DNA from: Chloroflexota bacterium
Lineage (GTDB): Bacteria; Chloroflexota; Limnocylindria; Limnocylindrales; CSP1-4
Direction: 5' to 3'
NCBI GenBank assembly: GCA_919901745.1
Contig: CAKKPP010000010.1
Location: 180 to 64,179 of the forward strand
DNA length: 64,000 nt
This document shows positions 58,981 through 64,000 of this stretch, piece after piece. Below the pieces are notes generated by a model. The model was not told where the DNA came from. It saw nothing but the letters and a program-made list of their open reading frames with translations, and ran no database searches. Within the stretch, counting starts at the first letter, position 1, and each line of letters opens with the position of its first letter. The translations under genes and the position numbers were made by a program.

Positions 58981-60180
58981 TCACGCCGTCTTTCGCTCGG
59001 GGTTGTAGAGCGGCAGCCGGGCGGTGTGCGCGGCCACGTACTCGTAGCGGTGGTTGACGTCGATCTCGAGACGCACCCGCGTCCCCGGTGCCGCCAGGTT
59101 CGGCCGAACGCGGGCCAGGGCGATGTGGCGCTGGAGGATCGGCGAGTAGGCGTAGCTGGTGGCATAGCCGACCTGCTTGAGGTCGTCGTCGTACAGGAAG
59201 AACTCCTCGTGGACCGGGGTGTGGTCCTTGGGCGGGATCAACCCGGCGTTCGTGTAGATCCGGTCGTAATCGTGCCAGTCGACGACGACCCCGGTCATCC
59301 GCCAGCGCGAGGTCTTCTCGGTCATCTCCCGGACGATCGCTCGGCGGCCGATGAACGCCCGGTCGTCGGCCTCGATCCCGCGGAGCATCCAGCCGAGGCC
59401 GAGCTCGGTGGGCGTCGAACGGTCCTCGTCCGTCCAGGCGAACCGGCTCGACCTGAAGTCGACGTCGAGGAGCAGCAGGCCGGCCTCGATGCGGGCCATT
59501 TCCAGCGCCTGGAGGCCAAACGGGATGACGCCGTGGCCTTGCGACGCCTCGGCGACGGCATCCCAGACCGCGAGTGCGTCGCCCGAGGCCACCCAGACCT
59601 CGAAGCCGAGGTCGCCGGTGAAACCGGTTCGAGAGATCGTCACGGGGATGCCGGAGATCGTCGCCGGGGTCAGCGCGAAGTAGGGCAGGGCGCTCACCTC
59701 CGGGGCAAGACCTTCGAGGATCGTGCGAGATCGCGGGCCCTGGAAGGCCAGCGTCGCGTAGTCGTCGCTGACCTCCTCGATCGCGACATCGTGTCGACCG
59801 ATGAGATCCGCGAAGTAGGCGAAATTGGGCTCGGCGGCGGTCAGCAGGAACTCATCCGCGGCATGGCGCAGGATCACCCCGTCCTCGACCACGAACCCGC
59901 GGTCGTCGCACCACGTCGTGTACTGGGCGTGGCCCGGCCGGCAGGCCCGGATGTCGCGGGCGAGGACGCCGCCGAGGAACCGCTCGGCGTCGCGGCCGTG
60001 GATCCGGTACTTGTACAGCGGCGACGAGTCGAACATCCCGGCGCTGTTGCGAATCGCGAAGTACTCGAACTTCTCCGCGACCTGGTACTTCTCCGAGGCG
60101 AGGTGGCCCGACCAGTGGCTCCACAGCCCGGTCTGGTTGGCCGCACTTGTCCGCGGATGGAACGGAGTCGTCCGGATCAC
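58981..60180 (-). CDS. GcvT-family aminomethyltransferase/demethylase
   Basis: RTTPFH, EYFAIR..AGMFD, QGP, SRTGFTGDLGFE and ARIEAG. Confidence 0.9.
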   Translation of the reverse strand: MIRTTPFHPRTSAANQTGLWSHWSGHLASEKYQVAEKFEYFAIRNSAGMFDSSPLYKYRIHGRDAERFLGGVLARDIRACRPGHAQYTTWCDDRGFVVEDGVILRHAADEFLLTAAEPNFAYFADLIGRHDVAIEEVSDDYATLAFQGPRSRTILEGLAPEVSALPYFALTPATISGIPVTISRTGFTGDLGFEVWVASGDALAVWDAVAEASQGHGVIPFGLQALEMARIEAGLLLLDVDFRSSRFAWTDEDRSTPTELGLGWMLRGIEADDRAFIGRRAIVREMTEKTSRWRMTGVVVDWHDYDRIYTNAGLIPPKDHTPVHEEFFLYDDDLKQVGYATSYAYSPILQRHIALARVRPNLAAPGTRVRLEIDVNHRYEYVAAHTARLPLYNPERKTA

Positions 60181-60298
60181 CGATGAACCACCTCGCTGCC
60201 ATTCCCGGTTCGGAGCGTAGCCGGTTGCGCAGGATCGGGGCCCGGGACGGCCCGTCTGTCGCAACCGTACATCCGCGTCACGGCCTATCCTTGGGTCC

Positions 60299-61153
60299 GT
60301 GAGCCTCTATCGCCTGGACGAGCCCATCGCGCTGGACAAGCCGACGGTGCTTGCCGCGTTCGACGGCTGGATCGACGCCGGGGCCGCCGCGACCACGGCA
60401 ACCGGTCTCCTCGCAACCGGGGGCACCCTCGTGGCGACGTTCGACGGCGACGTTCTGTTCGACTATCGGGCTCGCCGCCCCACGCTCCAGATCGTCGATG
60501 GACGGCTGACGGAACTGACCTGGCCGAGCCTGACCCTGCGCCACGCGCGCGTCGCCGAGCGCGACCTGCTGGTCTTTACCGGAGCCGAGCCCGACTTTCG
60601 CTGGCAGGAGCTGGCCGAATCCGTCGTCGAGCTCATCAAGCGGCTCGGTGTCGCAGAGTGGATCAGTGTCGGCGCCATCCCGGCAGCCGTTCCCCACACC
60701 CGGGACGTCCCGATCATGGCCACGGCTTCCGAGGCCGGCGTGCTGGCCACCGACGTCCAGCGCGGACCGATGGGCATCATGCGCGTGCCCTCGGCGGCCC
60801 TGTCGGTGATCGACATGGCCGTGGCCGCTGCCGGGATTCCGACCGTCGGCTACTACGGGCAGATCCCCCACTACGTCTCAGGGCCGTATCCGGCGGCGTC
60901 GCTCGAGTTGCTGCGGGTCATCGGCAGCCACCTCGGCGTCGAGCTGCCGACGGGCCTGCTGACCGCCGAGGCGCGCCAGGTGCGCACGCGGTTGCAGGCC
61001 GCGGTGCAGGCGGACGAGACGACGCGCGACTACGTGGAGCGGCTCGAATCGATGGTCGACGAATCCCGGCTGCCGTCGGGTGACGACCTCATCTCCGACA
61101 TCGAGCGCTTCCTCCGCCAGCGCGGCGGCACCGAGGGTGGACTGCTGAACTAA
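60299..61153 (+). CDS. PAC2-family (proteasome assembly chaperone-like) protein
   Basis: AFDGWIDAGAA, FDYRARRP, EPDFRW, PHTR and IPHY. Confidence 0.88.
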   Translation: MSLYRLDEPIALDKPTVLAAFDGWIDAGAAATTATGLLATGGTLVATFDGDVLFDYRARRPTLQIVDGRLTELTWPSLTLRHARVAERDLLVFTGAEPDFRWQELAESVVELIKRLGVAEWISVGAIPAAVPHTRDVPIMATASEAGVLATDVQRGPMGIMRVPSAALSVIDMAVAAAGIPTVGYYGQIPHYVSGPYPAASLELLRVIGSHLGVELPTGLLTAEARQVRTRLQAAVQADETTRDYVERLESMVDESRLPSGDDLISDIERFLRQRGGTEGGLLN

Positions 61154-61158
61154 CTGAA

Positions 61159-61752
61159 CTAGCCCCGGCCCGGCGGCCGGGCCCGGAGGCGCTCCATGGC
61201 CTGGATCGCCGAGAGGGTGTGGGCGAATTCGCGTCGAAGTTCGTTGACTTCACCAGCTGGGAGGTCCAGCTCGCGGGCGATCTGCTGAAGGACCGACGAC
61301 TCGTCCGCCGTGATCGTTCCATCGGCAGAACCGACGATGTAGCAGCAGCGGAGGAGCGCGTGACGCTCTTCGAGCGTGGACAGTTCACGGAACTGGCGCG
61401 ATACGAGATAGTCCTCGGTACCGCCGTGGAGCAGCGACTGGGTTCGGGCAATCTCCGCCACGAGGACCGCCTGTGCCTCCGGAATGGCACCGAATTCCTC
61501 GACGACCCGCTCGATCTCGGCCGTCTCGACGTCGCTGATATGCAGGTCCGCCGCCGCGGCACGGGTCAGCAGGTAGGCAAACGCCGCGAGGTAGCGCGCA
61601 CGGTCGCGCGGAATCGCATCCAGCTCTCGAGCGATCCGCCGGACGGTCTCCGTGTCGGAGGAGCCCGTCCCCGCCGATGCGCCGCCGGAGCGGTCGTCAG
61701 CGTCGGGATCAGGCTCGCGCGAGGGAAGTCCAAGCAAGCGACCGAGTGCCAT
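61159..61752 (-). CDS. TerB-family protein
   Basis: AAADLHISDVE and ADGTITADE...IAREL. Confidence 0.8.
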   Translation of the reverse strand: MALGRLLGLPSREPDPDADDRSGGASAGTGSSDTETVRRIARELDAIPRDRARYLAAFAYLLTRAAAADLHISDVETAEIERVVEEFGAIPEAQAVLVAEIARTQSLLHGGTEDYLVSRQFRELSTLEERHALLRCCYIVGSADGTITADESSVLQQIARELDLPAGEVNELRREFAHTLSAIQAMERLRARPPGRG

Positions 61753-61830
61753 CGATGTCCTCCGGTGCGGCGGGTGCGGCGGGTGCGGCGAGCGCGGCTT
61801 GATCCCGCGCGAGCCGCAGTGCTTGTCCTG

Positions 61831-62214
61831 TCAGGCCATCTTGCCCGGGAGCGGATAGAGGCGCCACCGGCCATACGCAACGAAAGCGGCCAGGACCCCC
61901 AGCGTCGCGTTGAACGCGATGTTCGGGTACTCCTCGCGCCCGATGTGGAACACGACCGCCAGGATCATCACGGCGACGAGACCGAGCCCGGCAAGTGGTG
62001 TGAGTCGGGTCTGGATACGGGTCAATCCCGGAAGGATCAGGCCGAGGCCGCCCAGGATCTCCGCCGTCCCGATGGCGAAGTGCAGCCCGGAGGGAAGGGC
62101 GTACATCCAGGCCATCGGCGCCGGGAGGCCGGGCGGCACAACGAAATGCGTCACGCCGATGCCGATGAAGGAGACGCCGAGTAGGATCTGTACTGCCCAG
62201 AGCGCGCTGTTCAT
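61831..62214 (-). CDS. DoxX-like membrane protein
   Basis: LWAVQILL...IGTAEILGGLGLILP...FHI.R. Confidence 0.85.
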   Translation of the reverse strand: MNSALWAVQILLGVSFIGIGVTHFVVPPGLPAPMAWMYALPSGLHFAIGTAEILGGLGLILPGLTRIQTRLTPLAGLGLVAVMILAVVFHIGREEYPNIAFNATLGVLAAFVAYGRWRLYPLPGKMA

Positions 62215-62259
62215 CCGATGCCCTCCGTGGTCTGTGCGACCGCCACCATACCAAGGTCG

Positions 62260-62653
62260 TCAGGAGCGGAACCCGTGGGCGCCGCTCCTGCGCTCGAACA
62301 CGACCTCGATGAGCGGGCTGTGGGCGAGCATCGGCTCCACCGGATACTTCCAGGTCTGAGCGAACCGGGGCACGATTGATTGGCGCTCGGCCGCGTCCGA
62401 GATGACCCGCGCCGTCGCCGCGAGGTCCGCCTGGACCGGGCCTTTGAGGTGGAAGGTCAGGGCCGGGTCCGCCTCGAGGTTGCGGAGCCAGTGCCGCCTC
62501 CGGGTCGGGGTTTGGCATCCCCGAGATGTAGATCCGTCCATCGATGTTCTCGAAGTAGATCTCGATCCGGCGCGGCAGACCCGTCTTCCTCCCGGTGGTG
62601 GTGATATCGATGGTGTGGCCGCGCGCGAGCGCGCGATGGGTCTCCTCGTCCAT
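62260..62653 (-). pseudogene. Deazaflavin (F420)-dependent nitroreductase-like oxidoreductase with a single frameshift
   Basis: N-half IDITTTGRKTGLPRRIEI...ISGMPNP in one frame and C-half RRRHWLRNLEADP...ATARV in another; break near 62500-62510. Confidence 0.75.
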
Positions 62654-62728
62654 GTGACTCTCGGTTGGTGACTAGTTGCGCTCGCAACCAGTCTACACGC
62701 GTTCCCAGGTCGGCGCCAGAGGTCCGAT

Positions 62729-63310
62729 CTACGCCTGGAACGTATCGCTCTTCGCCTTCAGTTCGGCCTTATGGGCACGCTTCATCTCCTGGTAGCGGGC
62801 CAGTGCCTCGGGCGAGTCGGCATCGGCAAGGGTCGGGTAGTCAGGCACGACGTCCGCCAGACCCGGCAGCTCCAGGCCGAATCGCTTGTAGAGAATCGCA
62901 AGGAGCGTACGCACCTTCATCGGTCCGAAACCCGGCAGCCCGCCGATCCGCTGCTCGAGATCGCGGCCGTCGCGGGCTTCAGTCCACAGCGATGCGGGAT
63001 CGTTGGCGTACTCGTCACGGACGACGGTGCACAGCGCCTGGACCTTGCCGGCCATCGAGCCAGGGAAGCGGTGCAGGGCCGGTCGGCGGCGGAACACCTC
63101 ATCGAGTTCTGCCGGATCCATCGCCGCAATGCGCGCGGCATCGAGGTGGCCCAGCCGCTGGCTCAGGTCCCAGGGCCCGCTGAACGCCTTCTGCAGCGTC
63201 ACCTGCTGGTCGAGGGCCAGTCCGATGAGGAGAGCCAGCGGCTCGCGGGCGAGGAGGCGGTCGGCCCCGTCGATACCGGTGTACGGCAGTCGTTCGAGCA
63301 TCGTTTTCAT
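62729..63310 (-). CDS. HhH-GPD-type base-excision repair protein
   Basis: LLIGLALDQQ, AFSGP, HRFPGSMA and LPGFG HhH motif. Confidence 0.85.
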   Translation of the reverse strand: MKTMLERLPYTGIDGADRLLAREPLALLIGLALDQQVTLQKAFSGPWDLSQRLGHLDAARIAAMDPAELDEVFRRRPALHRFPGSMAGKVQALCTVVRDEYANDPASLWTEARDGRDLEQRIGGLPGFGPMKVRTLLAILYKRFGLELPGLADVVPDYPTLADADSPEALARYQEMKRAHKAELKAKSDTFQA

Positions 63311-63423
63311 GGCCCGCATGGTACGCCCATCGCGTGGAGATCAGCGACGGACATGGCTGCCGGTCGCGGGCGACGAGGTTGCGCCCCGGGGGTATGATGG
63401 AGGCCAAGCGGAGGTACCCGAGC

Positions 63424-63600
63424 ATGTCGGAAACCAGGCGCCGCACCCCGGTCATTCAGACCGGTCGGAGAGCACGAGGCCATTCGATGGTCTCGGCCCT
63501 GCCGAAGACCGCGGACGCCACCCGGGGCTCGAGCAACCTCGCCACCAGGCCCCGAGCGGGCAATATCAGCACCGACACTCGCGCCGGCGTTCTCGGGTGA
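63424..63600 (+). CDS. Putative 58-aa basic small protein
   Basis: TATGAT -10 at 63393, GGAGGT RBS 8 nt before ATG, downstream hairpin. Confidence 0.4.
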   Translation: MSETRRRTPVIQTGRRARGHSMVSALPKTADATRGSSNLATRPRAGNISTDTRAGVLG

Positions 63601-63664
63601 TCCGGGCCAGACGCCGGTCGAGCCGACCCGCGCCCCGGATCACCAGGCACCAACATGAAACGAG

Positions 63665-63692
63665 GACCCGCGCCCGGTGACGAGCGCGGGTC
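63665..63692 (-). terminator. Stem-loop between convergent genes
   Basis: gacccgcgcccg-gtga-cgagcgcgggtc, with a short U-run on the minus strand. Confidence 0.55.
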
Positions 63693-63770
63693 TGACTATT
63701 CGTCGCGGATCTGATCGACCGCGCCGGCCGAGGCGAGGCCCGTGACCCGGCAGCGCAATCCCTCGCGCGT

Positions 63771-64000
63771 CTATTGACGCTGAATACCGCGAACGATCCC
63801 ACCAACCGCACGCACGAGATCGCCGGGCGCCACCTCGACCTGGAGGCCGCGCCGACCCGCCGATACGAGGATCGTCTGGTGGCCGATCCCTGTCGTGTCG
63901 AGCACGGTCGGCAGGGGGCGGCGCTGCCCGAGGGGGCTGATTCCACCGATGACGTACCCCGTGGCACGCTCGGCTGCGGCGGGTTCGCTCAGCGTCGCGC
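63771..64000 (-). CDS. ybaK: YbaK Cys-tRNA(Pro) deacylase (C-terminal part; start outside the window)
   Basis: Manual translation ...ERATGYVIGGISPLGQRRPLPTVLD...VSAGRRGLQVEVAPGDL...*; not in the ORF track. Confidence 0.85.
   Translation of the reverse strand, partial: ATLSEPAAAERATGYVIGGISPLGQRRPLPTVLDTTGIGHQTILVSAGRRGLQVEVAPGDLVRAVGGIVRGIQRQ

Noticed and set aside
61765-61792. 9-bp tandem repeat (gtgcggcgg x3); also a 12-bp direct repeat at 57243-57274 and ctgaacta x2 at 61145-61161
   Set aside because: Short intergenic slippage-type repeats with no evidence of function.

Overview
High-GC bacterial chromosomal window; gene content and style suggest Chloroflexota or a similar Actinobacteria-like lineage (inference). 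It is mostly housekeeping and metabolic: NAD salvage, glgC, peptidases, adenosine deaminase, a nucleoside ABC transporter plus cytosine deaminase, a complete xylose regulon, and a GcvT-like/FAD oxidoreductase pair. Five parts stand out. (1) A secreted, C-terminally anchored protein with five tandem cupredoxin domains. (2) A class II ribonucleotide reductase (nrdJ) with a LAGLIDADG intein at the catalytic Cys, preceded by DnaA-like and NrdR boxes. (3) An ~8 kb defence-type island right after nrdJ: an unannotated 45-aa basic protein plus a stand-alone TIR protein, a truncated hsdR, an orphan antitoxin, an unknown membrane protein, an HTH-unknown-hsdM coupled operon with no hsdS, ycaQ and a phd-vapC pair. 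(4) A secreted vanadium-haloperoxidase-like plus CRTAC1/ASPIC operon. (5) A pervasive leaderless-promoter signature. No rRNA, tRNA, CRISPR array, integrase or transposase was seen. Family assignments come from motif recognition only; no searches were run.
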